Part shown: positions 1 to 10,762 of the stretch, in pieces | How the letters are laid out: the number at the start of each line of letters is the position of its first letter | Numbering within the stretch: the first letter of the stretch is position 1 | NCBI GenBank assembly: GCA_002269645.1 | Contig: NIVC01001795.1 | Coordinates: 171,742-212,644 of the forward strand | Direction: 5' to 3' | Source: Macrostomum lignano | Lineage: Eukaryota | DNA length: 40,903 nucleotides | Program-made: the position numbers and the translations under genes | The notes under the pieces: model-generated | Database searches by the model: none | Told to the model about the DNA's origin: nothing | The model's input: only the letters and a program-made list of their open reading frames with translations

Positions 1-255
1 ATTTCCCCATATTTCTGCATATTTTCCCCATATTTCTCCATATTTCCCATATTTCTGCATATTTCATATTTCCCCACTTCCCCATATTTCTCAATATTTT
101 CCCACATTTCCCATATTTCCATATTTCCATATTTCTGCATATTTCTGCACATTTCTGCCTACTTTTCCATATTTCTCCATATTTCCCCATATTTCCCATA
201 TTCCTCCATATTTCTCCATATTTCCCCATATTTCCCCATATTCCCTCATATTTCC
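1..255. repeat. Pyrimidine-rich ~10-bp tandem repeat (ATTTCCCCAT/ATTTCTCCAT/ATTTCTGCAT), probably intronic, truncated by window start
   Basis: Direct reading of 9-11 bp units. It is followed by TTCCTTCAG|G at 281/282, a plausible splice acceptor. Confidence 0.9.
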
Positions 256-281
256 ATCTGCCCCCCCCAAATTTCCTTCAG

Positions 282-3004
282 GCGGACTTTGCCCGACTGT
301 CATCCGAGCTGTTGCAGCGCAAAGCGGTCAGATTCATTGAGAGCATCGCAAGGATGAGGCGAGGCCTGAGGAGTCTGGGAGACTGCATTGACAGCGGACA
401 GAAGGAATTACGGGACCGGGCTGAGGTTCTCGGTAAGGATGAAGCTGTGATGTTGGGTGATGATGAGGCTGAGATGTTTAATGAGGATGGAACTTGACAT
501 TTTTAATCAGGATGGAGTTGAGATGCTGGGTGAGGCTGAGATGCTGGGTGAGGCTGAGCTGCTGGGTGAGGTCTGGAGAGCTGCGCAGCGAGGCGGGCCC
601 TCCATCGCTCACACGGAGGTGGACCGCATGTCGGGCCTCAGTGAGGAGCGCCGCGCGAAGGCCCGCGTGGAGGAGTTTCTCCGCGAGGTCGGCCGCGACG
701 CTTGGCAGAAGGTGGCGGGTACGATGACGGCAGCGGCGGCGGCGGCGAAGCGTCGAGAGCAGCCGCTGCCGGACTACGCGAGGCGGGCGCGGCCGGGCGT
801 GGCGCAGGCAGCTGACGGTGGCGGCTGGACTCGCCGGATCGTGCTGGTCGGCCGGAAGTAGCGGCTGAGGAGCCGAGAGAGGCGGAAGGCAGCTCGGAGG
901 CGGCGACTACAGAGGCCGCTGAGCTGCTTGTGGGGCTGCAGCTGCTGAACTCAAAGCTGACTGAAGAGCGGCAGAGGCAACGGGAGACTCTCTGGCGGCG
1001 GCGCGAGGCTCGGCAGGTGGCCGCGGCGATGCTGGATGCAGCGAACTGCCTTGAAGGTAAAAGGTGAATAGCGGCCTGTGAGGTGATCTGAAAGTAGTGA
1101 CTTAAGTGACAGTCGGCGAGTGACAGTCGGGTAAGTGACAGTCTGGGAGTGACAGTCAGGTAGTGACAGTCGGGTAGTGACAGTCGGAGAGTGACAGTCG
1201 AGAGTGACAGTCGGGAAGTGACAATCGGGAAGTGACAGTTAAGGAGTGACAGTCGGGTAGTGACAGTCGGGGAGTGACAGTCAGGTAGTGACAGTCGGGG
1301 AGTGACAGTCAGGTAGAGACAGTCGGGTAAGTGACAGTCTGGGAGTGACAGTCAGGTAGTGACAGTCGGGTAGTGACAGTCGGGGAGTGACAGTCGAGAG
1401 TGACAGTCGAGAAGTGACAATCGGGAAGTGACAGTTGGGGAGTGACAGTCGAGAGTGACAGTCGGGGAGTGACAGTCGGGTAAGTGACAGTCTGGGAGTG
1501 ACAGTCAGGTAGTGACAGTCGGGTAAGTGACAGTCTGGGAGTGACAGTCAGGTAGTGACAGTCGGGAAGTGACAATCGGGAAGTGACAGTCGAGAGTGAC
1601 AGTCGAGAGTGACAGTCGGGAAGTGACAATCGGGAAGTGACAGTTAAGGAGTGACAGTCGGGTAGTGACAGTCGGGGAGTGACAGTCAGGTAGTGACAGT
1701 CGGGTAAGTGACAGTCTGGGAGTGACAGTCAGGTAGTGACAGTCGGGTAGTGACAGTCGGGGAGTGACAGTCGAGAGTGACAGTCGGGAAGTGACAATCG
1801 GGAAGTGACAGTTAAGGAGTGACAGTTGGGGAGTGACAGTCGAGAGTGACAGTCGGGGAGTGACAGTCGGGTAAGTGACAGTCTGGGAGTGACAGTCAGG
1901 TAGTGACAGTCGGGTAAGTGACAGTCTGGGAGTGACAGTCAGGTAGTGACAGTCGGGAAGTGACAATCGGGAAGTGACAGTCGAGAGTGACAGTCGAGAG
2001 TGACAGTCGGGAAGTGACAATCGGGAAGTGACAGTTAAGGAGTGACAGTTGGGGAGTGACAGTCGAGAGTGACAGTGGGAGTGACAGTCGGGTAAGTGAC
2101 AGTCTGGGAGTGACAGTCAGGTAGTGACAGTCGGGTAAGTGACAGTCTGGGAGTGACAGTCAGGTAGTGACAGTCGGGAAGTGACAATCGGGAAGTGACA
2201 GTCGAGAGTGACAGTCGAGAGTGACAGTCGGAAGTGACAATCGGGAAGTGACAGTTAAGGAGTGACAGTTGGGGAGTGACAGTCGAGAGTGACAGTTGGG
2301 GAGTGACAGTCGGGTAAGTGACAGTCTGGGAGTGACAGTCAGGTAGTGACAATCGGGAAGTGACAATCGGGAAGTGACAGTCGAGAGTGACAGTCGAGAG
2401 TGACAGTCGGGGAGTGACAGTCGGGTAAGTGACAGTCTGGGAGTGACAGTCAGGTAGTGACAGTCGGGAAGTGACAATCGGGAAGTGACAGTCGAGAGTG
2501 ACAGTCGAGAGTGACAGTCGGGAAGTGACAATCGGGAAGTGACAGTTAAGGAGTGACAGTTGGGGAGTGACAGTCGAGAGTGACAGTCGGGGAGTGACAG
2601 TCGGGTAAGTGACAGTCTGGGAGTGACAGTCAGGTAGTGACAGTCGGGTAAGTGACAGTCTGGGAGTGACAGTCGGGAAGTGACAATTGGGAAGTGACAG
2701 TCGAGAGTGACAGTCGAGGAGTGACAGTCGAGGAGTGAGAACAGTCGGAAGTCAGAGTTTAGAGTATTAACTTCAACACCATCCCTATGTGTCCCCAAGC
2801 AACCGGTGGGCCCAGCAGCGCCAAGAGGACGCTCTGCAGGAGCGGCTGGCAGAGGCAAAGAAGCGCCAGCGAGATTCTGCTGCTGCGGCCGAGCTGCAGC
2901 AAGACGAGCTTCATCAGTCGGAGGCTGAGTTAGAGAATTTGGAGATTCAGGTTTGCAGCGAGTCGAGCCTTCGCTCAACGGACCTGCTGCTGGACTTGGA
3001 GTGA
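282..3004 (+). CDS. Partial multi-exon gene for an unidentified helical/coiled-coil protein (candidate exons 282-425, 589-~1063, 2800-2950 or to the stop at 3004)
   Basis: Exon-like GC-rich blocks translate to ADFARLSSELLQRKAVRFIESIARMRR, SEERRAKARVEEFLREV, LTEERQRQRETLWRRREAR and QQRQEDALQERLAEAKKRQRD. Donor AG|GTGAAT (1063/1064) and acceptor CCCCAAG|C (2799/2800) are both phase 2 and bracket the minisatellite. A frame change around 810-840 is unresolved. Confidence 0.45.
1105..2750. repeat. Intronic minisatellite, 13-15 bp units with core AGTGACA(G/A)T plus variable linker, showing higher-order ordering
   Basis: More than 100 consecutive units such as AGTGACAGTCGGGT, AGTGACAGTCTGGG, AGTGACAATCGGGA and AGTGACAGTTAAGG. 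Confidence 0.97.
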
Positions 3005-3563
3005 TGATGGGGCGACTTTTGAGCGAATGATTCAACCATGGAAACTGTAGCTGTGTCCTAATGTCATTTCCCCATAACTTGAGCCCATGTTGTCTTGGAT
3101 CTTCTTTGAAGATGACCATTCGAAATGGAAATTGAGGTAATTTCAAACCAATGAAGTTTTGTACAAGGAGCTTCACTGCTTTTTGAGAATGAACGGTTAA
3201 ACTATGAGCTACTTGTCAAAACTATGAATTAAGTTGACGTTTGTCGGATTTTGCTTTTCAACGGGTCGCTCTCGTGGCCTTTCACCAGAATTTTATAATT
3301 TTATAACCAGAATGAGAACAAACAAGCTTGTATTTAAAAAATCAACTCAGAAAGTTTAAAAGAGATATAAAGACACATTGCTTTTAATTGGTCCAGAGCT
3401 TCGCTGCCAACAGTTGCGGAAAACGAAAATGCCTGCACACACTTAAATAGCTAATGCTATGCTATGCTATAATGCACGCATTGAAGTCTATTCGTACAAA
3501 TTTTAGGCACAGGTCGCGAGGTTTATTTCACGGAAGCATTGAAAACTGTTCGTCGTCATACCG

Positions 3564-5158
3564 ATGCAGGAGGCAGCTACACCGCTCCAGCGACACTGCG
3601 AGGACAAGCAGGAGCTGACAGCTCGAGACTTTTTGTTTGCCATAGAAGCTGGCGAATTGAGAATGATCGAACGGTGTCTGAACTGCGCCATGAGCGTTGA
3701 TGAGTTCTGCGAGTTCAGAGGAGCAAGGATCTCCCCCCTGCAGCTGGCCTGCGTGGTCGGGCAGCACCGCTCCGTCCGCAGACTGCTCAAAGCAGCGGCC
3801 GATGCTGACATTCATTCTAAACTTGGCGAATCCTCATCGCCCCCATTGTACATCGCAGCCCAGAATGGCCATCTAAACGTAGCGGACTTGCTTGTAAAAG
3901 CTCAAGCCGACGTGAATCTATCAAGTGGATCGAGTGGCACTTCGCCATTGTACGTAGCGGTGCAAAATGGACATATTGACGTCGTGAATCTGCTGATTGG
4001 TGCGCAGGCTGATGTCAATTTTCAAACACTGGACGGATTCTCGCCACTCCACATCGCATCGCAGAACGGGCATCAGCGAGTCGTTGACGCACTCATCAAA
4101 GCGCAAGCCGACGTCAATGCTCGAAACAGCAGCGGCTCCTGCCCAATCTACATCGCCTCTCAAGTGGGGCACGAGCTAGTTGTCAAATCGCTCATCAGTG
4201 CACAAGCAGAAATAAATATTCTCGCAAGCAATGGCTCATCTCCTCTGTGTGTCGCGTCAAGGTATGGCCATGTGAGGGTAGTCGACGCACTCATCAAAGC
4301 AGGAGCCGACGTTAGTCTTCATGAAAAAGTCGAATTGTCTCCACTGTACGCGGCGACACTTGGTGGTCAAGTGCAAGTTGTTGGGCTACTCCTCAGGGCA
4401 CTAGCTGATGTGAACTATTCGACAAGTTTTGGTGACTCTGTCCTACAAATAGCTTCGCTTAATGGCTTTAAAGATATTGTGGACTTGCTCATCAAGTTCA
4501 AAGCCGATGTCGATCTTCAGTCGCGAAAGGGATTTTCAGCTTTGCACAGAGCAGCGCAGCATGGTCACTGGGAGGTCGTCGAGTCCCTGATCGGATCAAA
4601 TGCTGACCTTAATATCCAAACAGTTAACGGTCTCACGGCAGCTCACATTGCTGCACAGAATGGTCACAGCCGTGTGTTAGACTGCCTCATCAAAGCTCAA
4701 GCTGATGTTAACCTCGCATCGAAGTGGGGTTACTTACCACTGCACGCAGCAGTACAGCGGGGTCATCACCTGACTGTCGAGTCTGTCATTAAATCTTCAG
4801 CAGACGTTGACGCTAGGACAGGCATTGGGCACCAACCACTTTACATCGCTTCCCACCATGGTCATGTTAAAGTTGTGAATTCTCTAATCAATGCGCAAGC
4901 TGATGTTCACTCCATTTCGGCCCGGGGTTACTCGGCTTTGCATATAGCCTCACAGAGGGGGCATTGTGATGTAGTGAAATTACTGCTCAAGTCTGGTGCT
5001 GACATTGACCTTAAGTCAAGCAGCGGCGAGCGACCTCTCGATATTGCATTTCGTTTCGGTCATCAGAAAATTGCTCAGCTACTTAACGGAGTGCAACTCG
5101 GTCAACCGGTGATAACTTTTGATGTGAATGGCAGTCCAGTCTCAACTTTACTGGAAAC
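3564..5158 (+). CDS. Exon 1: ankyrin repeat array (14 full repeats plus a partial N-cap)
   Basis: ~33-aa periodic G.(S/T)(P/A)LH.A..GH..VV..LI...ADVN motifs in ORF 3564..5162. The ORF's TAA overlaps a GTAAGT donor. Confidence 0.95.
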
Positions 5159-7143
5159 GTAAGTTAAGGTTAATTTCATGCAGCTGCTTTGAAGTAGGGA
5201 AAATTTATACCTCACACCAATCCATTCGAACTGAATCATTTCAGTGACGCACTCAGTGACTCAGAGCTGAGTATCAAGCTGCACTCAGCTCTTACTCAAT
5301 CTGGATTCGTGGACTCCAGAGCTTCCCTCCAAAGTGCTGTAGCTGATGTATTGCAAGAAATTATGCAAAAAAGACTGAGATACGATGGCATATTTGTGGT
5401 TGGAAGCTACTCAGAAGGCTGGGGCAACAGTCTGAAGACCTTGGACGGTCTAACTGCAAAGGAGTCTGACATAGATGTGATGAGATTGATATAAGGTCGA
5501 ATTCATCACCCGAAAGGACCATGCAAGTGCAACACCCTGACGAGCCTCCAGAATGAGTACCTCAATGGACATATCTCTCGCGATGGATTCGGTAATAATT
5601 TACAATTTCTACACTTATTATAAATCCATTGCTGCTTTGTGTTTTACTTCTGCTTTTTAGAAGATCGCTCTGCCCTAACTGCTGAACTCTTTTAATTGCA
5701 GCCTCAAGCCCGGCACTCGCTTCAGTTGGGTCTGCTCTAAAACCGGCGATTGACAACGTCTTAGCCGATCTTCTTTGCTGCTACCCGAGCATTAGGCCGC
5801 TCCAGCCTCTTCGAGTCTTCAACTCAAACATACCTAAGTCTGTTCTGCAGGCTCTACAACAAGATGTCGACTCCGACTCAACGCCCTGTCACGTGGTGCA
5901 CGCAGCCTCTCCTGGTCGAGGAGGCCAGGAGCTCCGTGTGAGCACCAGCTTCCTGGAGAAGCGGATGCTCAGAAGTCTCACTACTCTCCAAGGCCAGCTG
6001 TTTGTCACTCTCAAGTACCTGGTCAAGAAGGTCATCTGCAGCAAGGACGGCTTCAACCAGCAAGGCCTGAAGCCGTACCACGCGAAGACTACCACGTTCC
6101 GAATGGTGGAGGAGATGCCGGTCGAGCAGTGGAACCTCGTGAGTCTCGTGAGGAGGTCGCTGCAGATTCTGCTTGGCTGTGTGGAGAGCAGTCGCTCGCC
6201 CGACAATGCTCACGGCCGGATCATGGAGCACTTCTTCCTGAGCAATGTAGATCTTTACCTCAAAGGAGTAGGGCAAAAGGATGGAAACATGGACCGGACT
6301 CTGTGCTGTATTGCAATTATATTAAGAACAGTGATTGATCAGCTCCCTCAGCTGCTATTAAAGTTCATTGAGAGTCTCAGGCAAGTAGATGATTCCGGCA
6401 CATTCTACTTCCATCCGTTCCAAATTATGCCGTTTGTAAACACGAATCCGATACGGAAAGCCAACAGCCTCGAGTACTACGAGATCTACGACGTGGTGAG
6501 GGAGTGTCTGGTGCGTCTCTCCCACGGCGACTGCAGCCCGCAGTCTCAGGAGTCGCTCACAGAGCTGATTGCCAGACTGCCAGACTGCGCCCGCTCAGCT
6601 CGGGAGGCTCTCAGAGCGCTGGCCTGCCTGAAGTTTGGCTACCGAGGAACTGCAGAGAGAATCGTGAGTCAGTGCAGAGGCCTCTCGGTGAGCAGAGGCA
6701 TGGCTTGGTCCGCTGAGAGGTCAGCGAATGAGGCAACTACGGAGTTCGTTTGGCGGCATCTGAGAAGCCGGGACTCCGCGTGGAAGTTCTGCTTTGAGTT
6801 CGATCAACGACCCAAATTTCAATTTTTGTCAGCAGTTCTTGCCGAATGCTTTCCAATGCAAGCAACGAATTCCCCAACACAATTTTACATGAACTTCAAT
6901 GCTCTGCTGTGGGCTCTGCGGCATGAGTTGCAGCAAATAAGCGATGAAGTCAGTCGGGCCTGGATCCGGGATGTTTATAATGATGAGAACTCTGATGCTC
7001 AAGAGCTGCTTATTGCGACCGCACATTCTCAGAGTATAAGGCAAGTTTTGGGTCTTGTTGAAAAGTACAAACGTCAGGCTCTGTTGACAGGCACGCCATA
7101 TGTGCTTCGCGAGAAGTTGCGCAAGCTGCACAACTTGTGGTAG
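3564..7143 (+). CDS. Ankyrin-repeat / Mab-21 (cGAS-like receptor, cGLR-type nucleotidyltransferase) fusion, ~1127 codons. Exons 3564-5158, 5245-5591, 5702-7143. One in-frame TAA at 5492-5494 (null allele, pseudogene or sequence error)
   Basis: 14 ankyrin motifs (SPLQLAC to RPLDIAF). Intron 1 AC|GTAAGT..TTTCAG|T (5159-5244, phase 2) and intron 2 G|GTAATA..TTGCAG|CC (5592-5701, phase 1) join all three ORF pieces in one frame. NTase motif GSYSEG-x15-SDIDVM, third acid in PAIDNVLA..CCYP, and Mab-21 motifs LRVSTSFLEK, TLKYLVKK and PYHAKTTTFRMVEE. Confidence 0.8.
5702..7143 (+). CDS. Exon 3: Mab-21 C-terminal lobe plus helical C-terminal extension
   Basis: Open frame from 5704 continuing into ORF 5893..7143. 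YHAKT (cGAS SYHxKT-like) and ST/SFxEK motifs are present. Confidence 0.8.
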
Positions 7144-8279
7144 ATCGACAGTGGCAGTGCGAGAGCGCTGCTAAACTTTGTTCTCCTTGGCCATCTCTTC
7201 ATGGAGACAGTCCTGAATTTAAAATCTTTTACACTCTTTTAACATCCCTGTTCTACATCTACAAATTGCAGCAGTGATCGTGTTTTTAGACCAGAACACA
7301 CACAACAGGTTTTATTTTTTCTGTTATCTTCTGCTTACTGCATGACAGAAAGACTTTCAAACACGCAGGCCTCTAAAGGCCCTATTATGAGTGTGAGACT
7401 TGCGTCTCAAAACGAATATTATTCCAGGCGGTGTATTTTAGGGTTAGCGCTAGCGCAGCAGCTTCTTTCTGTGATGCTGATAGACAACATCAAACCCCCA
7501 AGCATTCGCAGGCCCTCAGCCTCGTTATTTTCTTTTGGGCATTGAGGTCGGCTTGTCTAGAGCCGGTCTGCTTGGATAGCTTTGGCGGTCGTTGCTTTTT
7601 CTATTGCTTACCTACGCCTCAGTTTAAAAATAGATGTCGCGAGCAGTTTTTGTGCATTGACTAATAATAAGTTTTTTCGATCAATACGGAAACCTACGCT
7701 CGTACTCGTAATAAGCTTGTTTGTAGCTTTGAAATTAATGCTCTTAATGCTGCTTATTCGATTAACAAATTTACCAAGTGAAAAAGCCGTATAGATCGTC
7801 TTTGACAGGCATGGCACACAAGCGCGCGGATACGTACGCAGTCATACGTAACAGCGGCACAGGCGCACACACAGGAGTGTAAATATCGTTAGGATGTACA
7901 CTTCACTGTGCTTGGGGGTTGGCCTTCAAGGCCAATTAATTGCAGACCCAAGCCGAGATTCCAATTTCTCCCAAAACTAGCAGTCTAGTACTCCGGCCTT
8001 CGGGGCGCCCAATAAGCAAGGAACAAAAATACTCATGCAAATGAAGCACATTTTCTTAAGAACTAGTTCCTTTTTCAATTTTATTGATTGGGAGAGAGAG
8101 ATAAGAATAACAAGATTGAGCTGGACACAGAGAGAAAGCAGAGTAAACAGAGTACGAGTGAAGGTGAACTAAAGAAATGACTGAGAAAGTCGCAACAACA
8201 GGAAAGTACTAAAAATAAATAAAAGCAGCAAATTTTAATGCTGTACGTAGCGAACAGTTGTTGAACAGTTTTTTGGTTT

Positions 8280-8760
8280 GACAGTTCAAAGTTAGTTCGA
8301 TGGGTATTTAGACGTTCACTTCCCGACACCCAAATCACGGAACTCACCAGTTGTCGCGGACTATCATTTTACCAAGCACATCTTCAGACCAGAGTTTCTC
8401 TTCGATGCCAGATGAAACAGGTCCTGCACGACGCAGTCCACTACCCTTGCCGTCACATGTGCTCAGGTTCATAGAAGCATCCAGTGCACATCGGCGCTGA
8501 TGACTTTCTCCATGACTTTCCGCATTCGCTGACCAAGTGGCATTGCAGCATGCTGAAATAATCCTTCATCGTAGAAGCGCAATAGTGATCACCACGCTTA
8601 CTTCGTGAGATAAACCAATTAAGAACGTACTTCTTATTTGCAGTTTCTTCGTTGCAGTTTCTGCCCATCTTCGTTGTAGTCGCTTGCGGAAGCCAATGGC
8701 AAATTTCCATTTTGGCAAGACAAAGTGCTTCAAAAACAACGCAGTCAGCATCACTCATGT
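8280..8760 (-). mobile_element. Degenerate Crypton-like tyrosine-recombinase (DUF3504-type) remnant
   Basis: Three frames joined by two frameshifts give LNWFISRSKRGDHYCASTMKDYFSMLQCHL ... GKGSGLRRAGPVSSGIEEKLWSEDVLG / NDSPRQLVSSVIWVSGSERLNTHR. This follows the Crypton order F..RK.DG..Y..T....LQRHL, EEKLW..GVLG..SP..L..V, R...EHR. Recognised by motif recall only. Confidence 0.55.
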
Positions 8761-9149
8761 TGAATATGGTTATAAAAATGTCACGGATAAAAACAAAAAA
8801 GATTTATTAGAGACAACTGTAGCGTTTAAATACTCAGTCGTTTTTTAGCAGTGGCCTGAGAACCAGTCAAAATTGAGGTGCAGGGGAACGTGCGTTCTGT
8901 CCTGACACGTGGTGTTATTACGATTGTTTTTAGAAATGAACCGCATGCATGCCAAAAAGAACCGTGTTGATTTCTCTTCATCACAAGCTCATGAGCCTGG
9001 GTCTTGACTTAAATTCACTTAGCTGCAGGGGGCGTCCGGCGGATGCAGCGAGGAAGCGGAGGAGACTGCCCATTTCCCCAGCCCCTGGCGACCAATGACT
9101 TCCAATGAAGTGATGTCGCTCAGGGGGACCCGTTGCTCTCGCCTGCAGC

Positions 9150-9410
9150 ACGGTCCTCCTCACCAGCGGTGGGAAGAAGTCCCTGAGGTACCGGGCGAGC
9201 AGCGGGATGCTCTCGGGCCTGCAAACGTCGGAGGGAACCGGGTTTGGCCCGAGGTGAATGAGCCTGGCCCTGGTGAAAACCGGGAAGTGGCAGATAAAGT
9301 GCTCGGCGTTTTCACTGCCTGAGCGGCAGAAGGCGCACCGCTCCTCGGGTACCTGGCCCTGAAGGAAGCGGTGGCGAGAGAAGCAGCCATACGGAGAGGG
9401 CGAGCTTGGG
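9150..9410 (-). mobile_element. 5'-truncated non-LTR retrotransposon ORF2 C-terminus (zinc-knuckle region, R1/LOA/I-like)
   Basis: The minus frame reads YGCFSRHRFLQGQVPEERCAFCRSGSENAEHFICHFPVFTRARLIHLG, matching the GH..F..H..C..C...E...H...C....R..LG C-terminal motif of these LINEs. Confidence 0.6.
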
Positions 9411-10088
9411 CCTTAATCAGCAGGTACTTTTTACCTGTTACAGGTAAAATAAAAGAAAATCGTGGTTCAGACTATATAGCCGAAAAATAAGAAATTGAAC
9501 TGTACGAATTTGCTCAAATTGCATTGCAAGCAATGTTGTCAGGTATGTTAAACATTTTAAAGAGAAAATTTCGGAGACAGCGAGCATCACTTTTATCTTT
9601 TCAATTTGAAATTTCAAAACATGAAACCAACTGCACAGACAAGCTTGGTGTCACTGGAAAGGAAATGAAAGCCTGCATGGAGTGTGGAGTTGTTGTCGCA
9701 TTCCTAGTGTTTGGTGCGAATATGCATGCGGGCCTGCCCACCTGTACAACCAGTATGAGAAATGGTAATGTGGCTATGCAAGCAAAAATGGAATATCAAA
9801 TACATGGGCCGGCAGTTTTCTTCCAAATGCAACCATTCAGACTTTGTACTGTGTGATGCATATCTGCAGATTTATTCTCGATTCATGTCTGTTTACATTA
9901 AATATTGACAGAATAGTTAACAATTTCTACTGACTTGGTTAAGAGCATTTTTATTCTACGAGACACTAAACTGAAAATTGATGGATCTCAAGCCGAAAAC
10001 ATTGAAATAGTCATAAAGTTGTCGCTACAAGACAGTAAGCTTAAAATTCTTGTCTCGACAGTCTTGTCTTGCAACATACCGTCTTACA

Positions 10089-10732
10089 AATCAAAGGCTT
10101 CAGCAACCAAAGGCTTCAGCAATCAAAGTCTTCAGCAATCAAAGGCTTCAGTAATCAAAGGCTTCAGCAATCAAAGGCTTCAGCAATCAAAGGCTTCAGC
10201 AATCAAAGGCTTCAGCAACCAAAGGCTTCAGCAATCAAAGTCTTCAGCAATCAAAGGCTTCAGTAATCAAAGGCTTCAGCAATCAAAGGCTTCAGTAATC
10301 AAAGGCTTCAGCAATCAAAGGCTTCAGTAATCAAAGGCTTCAGCAATCAAAGGCTTCAGTAATCAAAGGCTTCAGCAATCAAAGGCTTCAGTAATCAAAG
10401 GCTTCAGCAATCAAAGGCTTCAGCAACCAAAGGCTTCAGCAATCAAAGGCTTCAGCAACCAAAGGCTTTAGCAATCAAAGTCTTCAGCAATCAAAGGCTT
10501 CAGCAATCAAAGGCTTCAGCAATCAAAGGCTTCAGCAATCAAAGGCTTCAGCAATCAAAGGCTTCAGCAATCAAAGGCTTCAGCAATCAAAGTCTTCAGC
10601 AACCAAAGGCTTCAGCAATCAAAGGCTTCAGCAATCAAAGGCTTCAGCAATCAAAGTCTTCAGCAACCAAAGGCTTCAGCAATCAAAGGCTTCAGCAATC
10701 AAAGGCTTCAGCAATCAAAGTCTTCAGCAACC
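10089..10732. repeat. 16-bp minisatellite (AATCAAAGGCTTCAGC)n, ~40 copies, ~30 bp downstream of the WSC gene stop
   Basis: Direct reading, with recurrent variants AACC, AAAGTC and CAGT. Confidence 0.97.
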
Positions 10733-10762
10733 ACGAGTCCTTGTTCCGAATCAAGCCGTCCC

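Noticed and set aside
1309-3176. Long minus-strand ORFs (SLPDCHS repeats, up to 338 aa)
   Set aside because: They are translations of the AGTGACA minisatellite and the antisense of a plus-strand exon, with no independent coding signal.
7437-7446. TTAGGGTTAG telomere-like motif
   Set aside because: Fewer than two units; expected by chance.
9524-10070. ORFs 9524..9856 and 9935..10330
   Set aside because: No recognisable motif or codon bias, and the second ORF runs into the 16-bp array.
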